In this document: piece after piece, positions 1 through 11,500 of the stretch
Position numbering within the stretch: position 1 is the stretch's first letter
How the letters are laid out: each line of letters starts with the position of its first letter
DNA from: a virus
Taxonomy: Duplodnaviria > Caudoviricetes
IMG/VR virus record: IMGVR_UViG_3300028897_000188
Coordinates: 1 to 55,621 of that record
Length of the DNA stretch: 55,621 nt
Strand: one strand, 5' to 3'
Notes under the pieces: model-generated
The model's input: only the letters and a program-made list of their open reading frames with translations
Database searches by the model: none
Told to the model about the DNA's origin: nothing
Made by a program: the position numbers and the translations under genes

Positions 1-2042
1 CCTCTAACTATCCCTGTAGAACTGAAAGAGGAAGAACTTCTAGAGCTTGACGAAGAGCTTAGAGAACTGGAGCTTGAAGAAATAGAACTTGAGGAGCTAA
101 GACTTGAGGATGAAGAGCTACTAGAGCTTGACGAAGAAATTGAAGAAGAACTAGAAGAAGAGCTACCACAATCACAAAAATCATCTACTGAATTAACTTT
201 AAAATTATCTACATATGCAAGAACACCTGTTCCGTTTTCATCATTAGCACCGTCATATAAAAACCCAAACCAAGGACGAACATCTCCTGTATTACAAGGT
301 ATTCCATGATCTCCAGTTCCGCTATATGGATGGATTTCCCAAATATAAGAATCACCATATCCACCAATCGAATGATAATAATAAGCCCTATTTCCTATTC
401 TTACTATCCTTAAAGCACCTGTCTGATGACTAGTATTAAGTATACCAATAGCGTTAATCTCGGCTGTTCTTCCATCATACCATACAGGTATTCCAGTAGG
501 ACAATTTGGGCCAGGACATCCACCAAAATAATCAGCGTTAGCTTCTACCATATAATAGTTTGCAAAACTACCTGGATATGATGGAAGAACATAGAACCCA
601 ATCTGTATAGCACTAATCCTACCGTTACTTGGAAGAGTTTCTTTAGCTTTCAATAAAAAGAACCACCAGTCTATTTGAATATCAAAGTCACCCTCAAGAC
701 AGAATTGGCTTCTATAACGAACACCTTGAGCACCATTTGAACGATATGCTACCCAACGTGCGCTATTACTCCATGTATAGGCTTCTGTTAAAGTAGGATA
801 TCCATGATTATCTACATATGACCACCTTTGTCTATCGCTTACTGGAGCACCGTTTACTGCATCATTAAAATCATCGTCTACTCCCCATGTTCCATACCAA
901 TCACAAGAGCTAAAACTTGAGCTTGACGAAGAAGAGCTTGAACTTGAATAAGAACTAGATGAAGTAGAAGAACTTGAAGAAGAAAACATAAATTCTCCAA
1001 TACATCCAGTTATATCATTATGATCTGTATTACTACCTTCCCATGTTCCGAAGACACTAAGATATCTATATTCTGTAGCAGAGCAGGAGATTGAATAAGT
1101 AGCTGTTCCTCCATTGTTTATAATTGTTCTTGCTGGATCATCATATACGGTAAATGTTAAAGTATTCCCGATTCTCTTAAAAGTTACATATTTTTTACCC
1201 CAAGGTGGATTATTGCCTGTAGGAGTAATTGTTCTTACTGGACTAGCATTACCACTTTCAAAATCTTTCGACTCAACTCCCCAACGATAAACAGAAAATC
1301 CAAAATCATTAATTTTCATACCGAAAGCCACACCAGCACTTGCGGCTTCTAATTCAGTCCATGTAGGATTAGCTATATTTGACATTGATACGATGACTTG
1401 GAAACAAGCACTTAACGGAGAAATAGTTAGACCAATATCACTAGTATCACTTCCTCCAATATAAGTTACAGGAGGTTCTTTTAGATTAATAAAATCCGAA
1501 GCAAAAGAAACACTTGAAGAAGAAATTGAGGAAGAGCTTATTGAACTGGAGCTTGACGAAGAGGAACTTTCGCTGGAACTTGAAGAACTTTCGCTAGAAC
1601 TTGAAAAGCTTACACTAGACGAAGATATGGAACTTGAAGAAAACGATGAGCTTGAAGTAGAACTTCCAAATTCTATATTAGTAATTTTTAGAGGGAATTT
1701 CTCACCCACACCACTATAAACAAGAGCAGTTATATCCGCTCCATTTGGTAAACTTATAAAATCCAATGCTACTATTTGTCCAGAAACATATGCATTTCCA
1801 GTTGATCCAGGATTTCCAGCACTAGTAGAAAGGCTGAAAGAACCGCTAGTAGGAGAACCACCAGTATAAGTTATTCGCATAACATTTGGCTTGTAATCAT
1901 ATATCCATGATCCAGACGGAGCAAGACCAGAAAAGCCATAGGCACTTGGCCCTATCTCTTGAAATAACCATCCAGTTCCATCCCAAGAACAAAAAATGGT
2001 ACATTGCCAGTCTTCAAAATGTTGTGTCCAAACTATACTCAT
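1..2042 (-). CDS. Giant modular poly-Ser-linker virion/fibre-like protein, N-terminal part only (runs off window edge)
   Basis: Not in the ORF track. ATG at 2042 overlaps the upstream stop (ATGA). Open frame MSIVWTQHFEDW... to base 1, with three beta-rich modules separated by Ser tracts like the upstream genes. Confidence 0.85.
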   Translation of the reverse strand, partial: MSIVWTQHFEDWQCTIFCSWDGTGWLFQEIGPSAYGFSGLAPSGSWIYDYKPNVMRITYTGGSPTSGSFSLSTSAGNPGSTGNAYVSGQIVALDFISLPNGADITALVYSGVGEKFPLKITNIEFGSSTSSSSFSSSSISSSSVSFSSSSESSSSSSESSSSSSSSSISSSSISSSSVSFASDFINLKEPPVTYIGGSDTSDIGLTISPLSACFQVIVSMSNIANPTWTELEAASAGVAFGMKINDFGFSVYRWGVESKDFESGNASPVRTITPTGNNPPWGKKYVTFKRIGNTLTFTVYDDPARTIINNGGTATYSISCSATEYRYLSVFGTWEGSNTDHNDITGCIGEFMFSSSSSSTSSSSYSSSSSSSSSSSFSSCDWYGTWGVDDDFNDAVNGAPVSDRQRWSYVDNHGYPTLTEAYTWSNSARWVAYRSNGAQGVRYRSQFCLEGDFDIQIDWWFFLLKAKETLPSNGRISAIQIGFYVLPSYPGSFANYYMVEANADYFGGCPGPNCPTGIPVWYDGRTAEINAIGILNTSHQTGALRIVRIGNRAYYYHSIGGYGDSYIWEIHPYSGTGDHGIPCNTGDVRPWFGFLYDGANDENGTGVLAYVDNFKVNSVDDFCDCGSSSSSSSSISSSSSSSSSSSSLSSSSSISSSSSSLSSSSSSRSSSSFSSTGIVR

Positions 2043-5000
2043 AAAACAGATAATACTAGTTGTGAATATGGTGCTGTTCTATCAGAAATATCTAGAGATA
2101 TTGGAACTCCATCTGATATTGCTACTCCTAAAAAGTTCTTAGCTCCATTTCCACCAGTAAGCGAAATATTAAAACTTCCAGACCCACCTGTTATGTTATT
2201 TAGAGTTAATTTTAAGTAATTATTTGTATATCCTACATTCCATGTTGTTCCTGCACTTGGAGCTAGCCACAATGAACCTGTTCCAGAACTATCCCACTCC
2301 TGATTTACTGCATCCCATGATCCAAGTAGTGGTGGAGAAAAAACTAAATCCCAATATGTTCCATATTCAAAGTATGTGTCACATCCTACTCCAGAGGAAG
2401 AACTTGACGAAGATGATCCGCTGAAACTTGACGAAGATTGACTAGTAGAGCTTGAGGAATAACTTGATTCACAAAATCTTATATTAGTTATACTGTAAGC
2501 TTCATCTTCACCAAACTGTCTCTGTACTGATATATAGTTAAAATCAGCGGTTCTATCAGAAATATCCAGAACCATTTGCTGACCAGCACTTACAGTCTGG
2601 TATCCAGTATTTACAGAACCATTAGCCGCATTAAGAACAAGAATAAAATTTCCATATCCAGCGGATACAGGAAGAATATTATCTAATGTTACAACTATAA
2701 AATTACTTGTATATCCTTCTTTCCATCCTGCATCTGCATCTAGCCATATAGTACGTGAAGTTGTCTTATCCCATTCCTGATTTACTGCATCCCATTGTCC
2801 ATATTGAATGTCATGTGGACTCCAGAATGTATCATCAAAATAATTATCACACGCTCCTGGAATTTGTGAACTGGAGCTTGAGCTTGTCGAACTTGAGGAA
2901 GATAGAGAACTACTGGAGCTTGACGAAGAGGAAGATACAGAACTTGAGGATGAGCTAAGTGAACTTGACGAAAAGCTAAGACTACTTGACGAAGAACTTA
3001 TAGAGCTTATAGATGAGGAGCTTGAAGACCTTGACGAAGAACTTGAACTCTGACAACTCACATTAACTGCTTCAATTACACTCAATCCCTTTATCTTAGA
3101 AATATGACCTCTTGTTCCCACCGAGTCTGTAACATTACCCATACCGAAACCAAAATGTAGATAATGTGAAGCAGAAGTAGAATAACTCTGAGTATACATT
3201 TGTACCCATGAATCATGTACTCCATCTGTCTTGTAGTAAAATCTCACATTAAGACTGTTCGGGCCTATTTGCTCTGATCTAAGTCTTATCTTGCCAGAGT
3301 AATTTCCACTATCATATGATGGATAGCTTAACCATGAATCAGGAAAAGCTCCACCAACATCTCCTAATTGTCTACGTAAATAATACCTAACATATTTACT
3401 TCCTCCTGCTCCAGGAGCCAAATAAACACCAAAAATATTTTTAAAATTGTCTAGTTGATCTGTAGGACTTTCCGAAATACACAAGAAAGAAATCCATGTA
3501 TAATCAGCATTTGCTGGATACTGATAGCTAGTAGACCAATCCAAGACAACATCAAATATGGTTCCAGACACTCCTGGAATTTCTGATCTATAGGCATATC
3601 TATTATTTAGATTAAATGCATGTCCACCAGAGACATTCACATAATCCACTACAAGTCCTCCAGATGGTGTTCCATCTAAATATGAAAGGTTCCAATCATT
3701 TTCATTTTCTCTTATATTAAACGGAGTAGGTTGTGCTCCAGACACTCCTACAAAATCCTCCGTAAAACAGTTAGAACTAAAGCTTGAACTTGACGAAGAT
3801 ATTGAACTTGACGAAGATGACATAGATTCAGAACTTGAACTTTCACTTGCAGAGCTTGAAGACGAAGACGATAGATAACTTACAGATGACTTCCAACTTT
3901 CTGAGCTTCTACTTGAAGAACTTCTACTTGAAGAGCTTTCGCTTGAGGAGCTTCTACTTGAGCTTGACGAAGATACACTTGAACTGGAGCTTGAGGAGCT
4001 TTCACTTGAGCTTGAAGTAGAACTGCTAGAAGCAGACGAAGAACTATAAGATTCTGGAGATATTCTTTTTCTATACATACTTTGCAAACTAATATTTTCT
4101 CTAGGTGCTCTCCAGAAAGGCAATGGTAAATATGGCTCAATAGTAGTAGGAATATCTGTTTCGTCTGAATCATAATACAAATCAATCATAGCTCTAATGG
4201 CATTTTCCAAGTTAGTACTTCTGCTTTGTGTATGTGGATCAACGGCAGAAGCTTGGATTGCACCAGTAGAATTAGCTCCAGCAATGACTTCAATATCTGG
4301 TTCAAGCCAACCAGCGGTAGTAAAATCTTCAACTTGAGATGTTGCACTTGGAGTAAAATAATATGTTCCCGCAACCCAAAAACCCGAAATCCAATCGTGA
4401 TCTGGTGAAGCCTTCTCAAAAGGTTCCCAGTATTCAGGATATGGAATACCTAAAACAGTTTCACAGGAAGCTACACTATTAGATATTAATCCCCATCCAC
4501 TACCATAGTAATATTGACATGTTGACCACATTATAGATGGGGCTGGATAACCTAGAATATAATCACTATGTCTATATGTTATGAATTGATTTGGTGCTCT
4601 TCCAGAAAAATTATATCCAGTATCGGCTCTAGAAGCTATCACTACATATACTTGGTGCATAAAGTTCTTGAATCTTCCAGTAGCGGCTCTAGCCCATCCT
4701 AATCCCTTCTGTAAAGGTTGATCAAAGATATTACCTATTGTTCTCCATGTAGCCGCTCCTGGATCTAAAGTTCTAGCATACGCATCACCAGGACAATTAG
4801 AATATTCATAGTATAATCCACGTCCACCAAAATATCCACTACTATGCCCAGTTAGAAATTCGCTTCCTATAGGAGTAACTAGTTCCAAGTCAAGATTAAA
4901 AGTAGCAACAGCCGAGTAAGTATAGTCATATTTAGTACAATCTGGTTGTGGATCTCTGTCTATAGCTGCATAATTACCCCAAAATTTATATTGCCAAATG

Positions 5001-8000
5001 GTTTCAGAAAATGACTTAACACGAAATAGACTTGCATGTTCAAGATATTCTGGATCACCAATAAAATATTCATCTGGATATAGACCTTTAGAAGCATACG
5101 GAGTATTAATATCTCTACTATAACTTTGTACCCAATCACTAGAAACATAATAAAAACCTGGAGGATCACCAGGAGAACCAAATCTATATTGTGATTCCCA
5201 CTCTGTATTTACATCAACCTGTTCCTCACCATCAATAGTACCAGTAGCTAGCACATCAACCTCATAACGATTGGTTCCTTCTACATTACTCCAAGGATTA
5301 CCAGTATAGTAACCATATTCTTCACCATCTCCCTCTGTATCTCCATACATTCCTTTTAATACGGCAGAACCACCAGGTGTAAATGCCCATCTAAAAATCA
5401 TATAAGTTTGATCTAACCAATGAGCTATATCACGTCTTCTACATGGAAAATCAACATAATCGGTTCCTTTAGCATTTAAAATTTTAGCATAGTCATCCGT
5501 TGCTGGATTCCACACAAATACAGGATCACCCCTATCATTATCATTATGAACAGTTCCATATGGGAAAGCATAAGGATTATCTGGATTAGTTCCTCCCATC
5601 TGGAAGTAAAGTCCTTCAAATGCAAAGCTTGATTCGCTGGAGCTTGAACTTGACGAACTCCCAGAAGAACTACTACTTGAGGAGCTTAGAGAATTGGAGC
5701 TTGACGAAGATGAGCTTGACGAAGACGAAGAATAACTACTTGAGCTTGAGCTTTCTGAGCTTGAGCTTCCTGATTGAGAAGAAGACGAAGAAGATATACA
5801 CCAATCAGCAATCATTATCTCATTTGTTGTATCGTTTATATTACAAGGCCAAGCCTTACATTCTCTTCCATAATATTGTGGACATGCTCTACTCTCGCTA
5901 CTTGAGCTTGAGCTTTCTGAGCTTGATGATTGAGAAAAAGAAAAAGAGCTTGAGGACGAAGAATAACTATAGCTACTTGACGAAGAGCTTAGAGAACTAG
6001 AGCTTGACGATGAGGAGCTTGAACAGCTAACAGCATCATAAGTTACAAAGTCATCCCTCATGCTCAACATTGAAGTTTTTAGAAAACCAGATCCCTTATA
6101 ATCTCTATGATATCTTACCTCATCTATATATCCCTTAAATGGTCTACCAGCAAGATATCCATATTGGCCTATAAGCCCACCATCTCCACGTCTTCCGATT
6201 GTTCCTGATCTTAATTGTCCTTCCGTAATAAGTAAATTCTCAGCACGATTCTGATATGAACGTACTCTACCTCCACTTCCCCAAGCCATTGCTACATATG
6301 TCCATTCTTTTCCGTTTGCTCCAGACGGAACTAGAGGTATTTGTTCTCCTGTAGCTCTGTACCATGACCCACCACTATAAATACCTCCTTGAACACCACC
6401 ATTAGAAAGCCCAAGGAATACAGATGACTCACTAGGTATACCAGCGTGATTTACTTTTGCTATATAAGAAGTATTTTGTCCTATAGGTCTTCTGGCTTCA
6501 CACCTTACCCATGCTTCTACACTAACTTGAGTATGACCAAGATAATCCATTCCATCAGAAGAACCAATACCAACATATCCAGGACTATTAGGCCAGCCGT
6601 AAACACTAGTTGATAGAACACCAGTCATGTAAAGACCCTTGCCTGTAAATTGCCATCCCTGACCAGCACTAACACACCAGTTATCTTGATATCTCACACC
6701 TGGAGATATAAACCCACCACAACCAGATGGGCCGAAGTCCATATTTACAGCACTACCTTCCAGATTAGAATATTTAGTACTTTGATATGTTCTATTAATA
6801 AGAGCATTAGGATCATCATGGATCTCTTCCATATGCATAACACAAGCATATGACTCATCCCAAACATTCATTCCAGCACTTGCTACGATTCCTATATTAG
6901 AGAAATCACGTCCATCTCCGCTGACTGGTATTCCAAGAGAACCTACGTAGTCAAAGTTATCTTCTTGATCATTTCCAAAATGTAAAGTGAAATATCTCGT
7001 TCCTCCAGAAATCACTATTGATGGGCCTATATACAGAGTGGCTTCTCCAGCGGAAGGAATCCACCTAGTTATTTCTACATTAAGCTGGCTTCCAATTTCG
7101 TCTGTCACCTTTAGCTTATATCTTTTCTCTCCAAGCTCCGTAAATATATGCGTAAGGTCTGCTCCTGTACTTCCAGAATTATTACTGATCTTTAATGGGA
7201 ATGAGAATGAAGCAGAATCACACTCAATCTTGGAACCACTTACAGAAAATGGTATAGTACATTTCCAAGGTATTCCAGAAGAGCTTGAGGAGCTTGTGCT
7301 TGAAGACGAAGATGATTGAGATGAAGAACTTGACGATGAGGAACTGCTTGAGGAAGAAGACGATGACGAAGAAGAACTGGACGAAGATGACGATGATAAA
7401 CTACTAGATGAGATTGACGATGAGGAAGAGCTAAAAGATGAAGAAGAAAAACTAGCACCAGAAGGAGTAAAAGTAATTATATTATCACGAAGAGTAGCAT
7501 TTGTATGTTTCAACCAGTTAACACTTCTTTCAATGCTTGAAATTCTAACCTCATCTATAGTATGGTATTGTGCTTCACGACCACTAACTACCCTCCAGTT
7601 ACCAATTCCATATCTATCAGCTACACCACGACCTATAACACCGCTAACATTAGCAGATTGACCGTCTAATATACCATTCAAAAAAACTTCTACTGGCCCA
7701 CCAGAAGCCCATCTACCGACCATATAATATTGAGTGTCTATCTGTAAAGTTGTTGCTCCGTTTGCTGTTCCGCTGCCAGTAGGAGTATATTGAAAAAATC
7801 TAGGAGTTCCATTAATATTGACTAAGTTAAAAGAAGAACTGGTAACACTTTCTGGATTCATTACTATTGATCCGTTGTTAGTAGGCATAGAACCACTAGG
7901 AGTTTTAAAGAAAGCTTCAACTGTATTAGCATCCCTACCATCTGGATCAAGTCCTTTGGTTCTTATATATTGACCATCTGGAGAACTACCAAATCTTTGC

Positions 8001-8506
8001 CCCTTACCTAGTAAAGAATCAACCTGAGTAGGATATCCTACTGTTCCTCCACCAAAACCGTGATTTTCATTTTGAGTTGAATCTTTAAATTCATCTGCCG
8101 TTCCGTCACTTGACTCCTTTAGATGGAATACATGAGTAAATCCAGAATCCCAAACGGCTTGAGCCGCACTAGTTCCTACAGTACCTACATATTGAGTATT
8201 ATCTGGTTCACTAGAGTCATAATATAAAGTGAAATCTGCTCCGCTGGCTGGAAGATTAGGAATCTTGGTAAACACCCAAGCCCTTTCATTAATATCATCC
8301 CATACATCTACTTCTATATAAAGTTGATTGAGATTTTTATCTTCTATTTTCATCTTTAAAGAAGACGAACCAATCTTAGTGAAGATATCTGTAAGGTCTT
8401 CTGATGTAAGTCCAGATGCAGAAGCAAGAGGAATCATAACAGGGAAATCTGTTAAGTCTATTCCTGCTCCTGAGACATTAAATGTTATGTAATTATTCCA
8501 AGCCAT
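2039..8506 (-). CDS. 2155-aa modular protein: two DUF2341+LamG(ConA-like) units plus further beta modules joined by poly-Ser linkers; probable virion appendage
   Basis: DLTDFPVMI...QLYIEVDVWD...FTLYY (DUF2341-like) followed by FHLKE..FKDST...TVEAF...IDEVRIS (LamG-like), repeated twice; six long Ser tracts. Confidence 0.8.
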   Translation of the reverse strand: MAWNNYITFNVSGAGIDLTDFPVMIPLASASGLTSEDLTDIFTKIGSSSLKMKIEDKNLNQLYIEVDVWDDINERAWVFTKIPNLPASGADFTLYYDSSEPDNTQYVGTVGTSAAQAVWDSGFTHVFHLKESSDGTADEFKDSTQNENHGFGGGTVGYPTQVDSLLGKGQRFGSSPDGQYIRTKGLDPDGRDANTVEAFFKTPSGSMPTNNGSIVMNPESVTSSSFNLVNINGTPRFFQYTPTGSGTANGATTLQIDTQYYMVGRWASGGPVEVFLNGILDGQSANVSGVIGRGVADRYGIGNWRVVSGREAQYHTIDEVRISSIERSVNWLKHTNATLRDNIITFTPSGASFSSSSFSSSSSSISSSSLSSSSSSSSSSSSSSSSSSSSSSSSSSQSSSSSSTSSSSSSGIPWKCTIPFSVSGSKIECDSASFSFPLKISNNSGSTGADLTHIFTELGEKRYKLKVTDEIGSQLNVEITRWIPSAGEATLYIGPSIVISGGTRYFTLHFGNDQEDNFDYVGSLGIPVSGDGRDFSNIGIVASAGMNVWDESYACVMHMEEIHDDPNALINRTYQSTKYSNLEGSAVNMDFGPSGCGGFISPGVRYQDNWCVSAGQGWQFTGKGLYMTGVLSTSVYGWPNSPGYVGIGSSDGMDYLGHTQVSVEAWVRCEARRPIGQNTSYIAKVNHAGIPSESSVFLGLSNGGVQGGIYSGGSWYRATGEQIPLVPSGANGKEWTYVAMAWGSGGRVRSYQNRAENLLITEGQLRSGTIGRRGDGGLIGQYGYLAGRPFKGYIDEVRYHRDYKGSGFLKTSMLSMRDDFVTYDAVSCSSSSSSSSSSLSSSSSSYSYSSSSSSFSFSQSSSSESSSSSSESRACPQYYGRECKAWPCNINDTTNEIMIADWCISSSSSSQSGSSSSESSSSSSYSSSSSSSSSSSSNSLSSSSSSSSGSSSSSSSSESSFAFEGLYFQMGGTNPDNPYAFPYGTVHNDNDRGDPVFVWNPATDDYAKILNAKGTDYVDFPCRRRDIAHWLDQTYMIFRWAFTPGGSAVLKGMYGDTEGDGEEYGYYTGNPWSNVEGTNRYEVDVLATGTIDGEEQVDVNTEWESQYRFGSPGDPPGFYYVSSDWVQSYSRDINTPYASKGLYPDEYFIGDPEYLEHASLFRVKSFSETIWQYKFWGNYAAIDRDPQPDCTKYDYTYSAVATFNLDLELVTPIGSEFLTGHSSGYFGGRGLYYEYSNCPGDAYARTLDPGAATWRTIGNIFDQPLQKGLGWARAATGRFKNFMHQVYVVIASRADTGYNFSGRAPNQFITYRHSDYILGYPAPSIMWSTCQYYYGSGWGLISNSVASCETVLGIPYPEYWEPFEKASPDHDWISGFWVAGTYYFTPSATSQVEDFTTAGWLEPDIEVIAGANSTGAIQASAVDPHTQSRSTNLENAIRAMIDLYYDSDETDIPTTIEPYLPLPFWRAPRENISLQSMYRKRISPESYSSSSASSSSTSSSSESSSSSSSSVSSSSSSRSSSSESSSSRSSSSRSSESWKSSVSYLSSSSSSSASESSSSESMSSSSSSISSSSSSFSSNCFTEDFVGVSGAQPTPFNIRENENDWNLSYLDGTPSGGLVVDYVNVSGGHAFNLNNRYAYRSEIPGVSGTIFDVVLDWSTSYQYPANADYTWISFLCISESPTDQLDNFKNIFGVYLAPGAGGSKYVRYYLRRQLGDVGGAFPDSWLSYPSYDSGNYSGKIRLRSEQIGPNSLNVRFYYKTDGVHDSWVQMYTQSYSTSASHYLHFGFGMGNVTDSVGTRGHISKIKGLSVIEAVNVSCQSSSSSSRSSSSSSISSISSSSSSLSFSSSSLSSSSSSVSSSSSSSSSSLSSSSSTSSSSSSQIPGACDNYFDDTFWSPHDIQYGQWDAVNQEWDKTTSRTIWLDADAGWKEGYTSNFIVVTLDNILPVSAGYGNFILVLNAANGSVNTGYQTVSAGQQMVLDISDRTADFNYISVQRQFGEDEAYSITNIRFCESSYSSSSTSQSSSSFSGSSSSSSSSGVGCDTYFEYGTYWDLVFSPPLLGSWDAVNQEWDSSGTGSLWLAPSAGTTWNVGYTNNYLKLTLNNITGGSGSFNISLTGGNGAKNFLGVAISDGVPISLDISDRTAPYSQLVLSVL

Positions 8507-8514
8507 ATTATTAA

Positions 8515-8522
8515 TATTTATC
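8515..8522 (-). promoter_or_regulatory. T4-type late promoter variant GATAAATA
   Basis: One mismatch to TATAAATA, in the 21-bp gap 8 nt upstream of the 2155-aa gene, which has no SD. Confidence 0.5.
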
Positions 8523-8527
8523 TAAAT

Positions 8528-11500
8528 TTAGATTACATCTATCTCAAATGTCATTTCTGTTGCTCTACTCCAACGGATTCTCAACGCTCCTGAAGTTCCA
8601 TAGAAAGGAAGTACATTTGGATCAGGATTAGCATTAGTAAAGTCATATGTTTCTCTAAACATAAATTTAGCATATCCAGTTGGTAGAGACTGTCCTATAA
8701 TTGATTGTAAGTATGATATTCCAGCCCCTCCAAAATCAAAAGTAAACGCAGCGGCCCCATCTGGAAACTGACCAGAATTATCTATTTGAATTCCTGTTCC
8801 TGCATCCCAATCTGCTATCGTAGGTGGAACGGCATGATTTGATATCTCCATATACATCCCCTCTGTATATGGTGGACTTATTGAATCATCAGGGAAAAAG
8901 GCAACCGATGCACCAACAATTATCATCCTTGCGGCTACTACCGTACTAGCTGACGGTATACCAGATACATTATAAGTAACAACCGATCTCTCTAGTTCCC
9001 AATCAGAAGAATCTCTGCCTATATATCCTGTAATATATGTAGGAGAAAGAAATATACCTCCTGCTGTGGGAGAGTTCCTAACACCATCCCACGTTGCCGC
9101 ACTAAAACCTAGCGCTGCGCTTGATCCTGCTATTGGTGCGCTAAATGAAAATGTTGTAGCACTAGCAGAAGAACTTGACTCTGACGAAGAGCTTAGTGAA
9201 CTGGAACTTGAATAACTGGAGCTTGACGAATTAGAAGAACTAGATGAGGAGCTACTAAAACAGCTTAAACAAGCAGAAGTAGGTGGAGTCAAAAATCTAA
9301 AATTATAAAAAGCCATATCCAAGTCTGTTCCATTTGGATGCAATGTTGATGCTCTAAGCATTACTCTTATATCTTCTCCACTTGTGCTTCCAGCCCATTC
9401 CCATCTTAATTGTGAAAAATCAAAATGGTAGAAGTATAAAGTATTACCAGTTCCAGGCTTCACAATTCTGAATCTACCATTGACAGGATAGTTATTCGGA
9501 GAAGTTGAGCCATAATCAAAAACAGTTTCAGATCCACCAAGAGTTGTTCTTACTTGAAGTTGATTTCTATTTGTACCGACATTATACGTATTCCTTACTG
9601 TAATAGGATTATCATTAGCGGCTGGTAAAACAGGATGCAAACCAAATTCAAAATATGCTCCTGCTCCAACTACAGAGTAAGTTTCAATTGTCCAATCAAT
9701 AGATATATCGAAAGGACAATTATTAGGAATAGTCCATTCACTTTGAATTTCAGAGCTACGTGTTACTCCTGCTACGGCTCCGAAATTATCATATCTGTAG
9801 AAGTTAAGCTGACCAAATCCACTAGGAGCCGTAGGTGGTGGTGAATCAAAGTATGTAGCTGGTGAACCTCCCATATAATTATTTTGATTAAGAATTACTC
9901 CCCAACGATGATAGTCTGGATCGCCACCTGATATATCTAGTAAATCTTCCGCACAATTAGAACTGTAAGAGCTTGAGATACTTGAGGAGCTTGAGCTTGA
10001 ACTTGAAGTAGAGCTTGAACTTGACGATGGACAAGGAATCCCACCAGACACATTTACACAAAGGTCTGTAATTGTAGATATATGTCCTCTTACTGAATAG
10101 TTTCCTACATCTGTACCGACATTTCCAGCGGCAAATCCAAAATGTATATACAATGGATTCAATGATACTCCAAGATTATGTAATTCAGGAACACCAACAA
10201 AACCAGAGGGCCAAAATTCTACCCAATCATCGTCATGTCCTAGAAGAGGAGAATTATAATTTTTGTAGTAAAAATGTTCTTCTAATTGAAAATTCCCACC
10301 ACCAAGATCACGTATAATTCCTTTAAGTCTCAACCATCCTTGCCATGCCGCTCCTAAAGTACTAGGCATATAACAAGCAAATACTTCTCCATATCTATCT
10401 GGTGCTACTGGATGTTTTCTCCTATATTGTAAAACTTGTTGTGTATATGCTCCTCCACAATTATCACTAGGAGGAGGATATCCATCAAGACCGAGTTGTG
10501 CATAGAAAGAATTATGTACTCCCCACATTGATTTATGATTAGTAAAGTCATATGGACTTTCAGATAGAGCTAAGAAAGCCACCCAACTAAACGAACCACT
10601 ATTAGGTGAATATTCATAAGTGTTAATCCATTTAAGAGATACATCTACTATATTTCCATCAACTATAGGTATTGCTGTATGATAACTCCATCTATCCCAA
10701 AGTTGTCCATGACCAGCAAATTTCAAATAGGGCCATAAATAATTAGCATGAGGAATTTGTTCTTCTACTGGAAGAATCCCTCCATATTGATCCCATTCAT
10801 TTATTCTTACTTTCGTATAGTCAAGAACATCTCCCTGTAGAACTCCGTTTATAGTTCCAGCAGATGGTACATATCCAGAAGGATATAATATCCCTGCACT
10901 TGGCCCTGCACTAGTTATATACCCACCAGATGGATAATTAGAAAAAGTAAAACAGTTAGTAGTCTCACATCCTAAAGCCAAATTATAGGAAGATGAAGAA
11001 GATTTACTACTACTTGAAACTGATATTGAGCTACTTGAGGAAGATAAACTACTTGAGGAAGATAAACTACTTGAGGAACTTGAAGAACTTGAATATGAAG
11101 AGCTTGACTGACTACTACTACTAGAACTTGACGAAGATGGATGTAACCAGAAATTGACTAGCGGCCCAACTCCACTTGGATATCCAACCAATCCACCAGA
11201 CGGAGTATCTTCAAAGTCATGGAATATAGTCCAAATACTATCTGGACACCCACATTCTCTATGTAGATAAGTCAACGCCCATGCTTCTCCAGCCAATGTA
11301 GCCCATCCATTTACTGGTTGAGCAAATTTCAATTCAATGGTATCGTCATCTATAATACATACATTCTTAGGTTCTATACGTCTTGCTAATGCCGTAGGAT
11401 TTTTACCACAACCAGCACCTTCTAGTGATTCCCATGCCTGAATTACTACATATCTTCCAAGACCATGATTAATAGTCCATGTCTTTGTTGAAGTTTTCTG

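Noticed and set aside
1-11140. Poly-Ser tracts as sequencing or microsatellite artefacts
   Set aside because: They mix TCN and AGY codons and keep frame, which indicates protein-level selection
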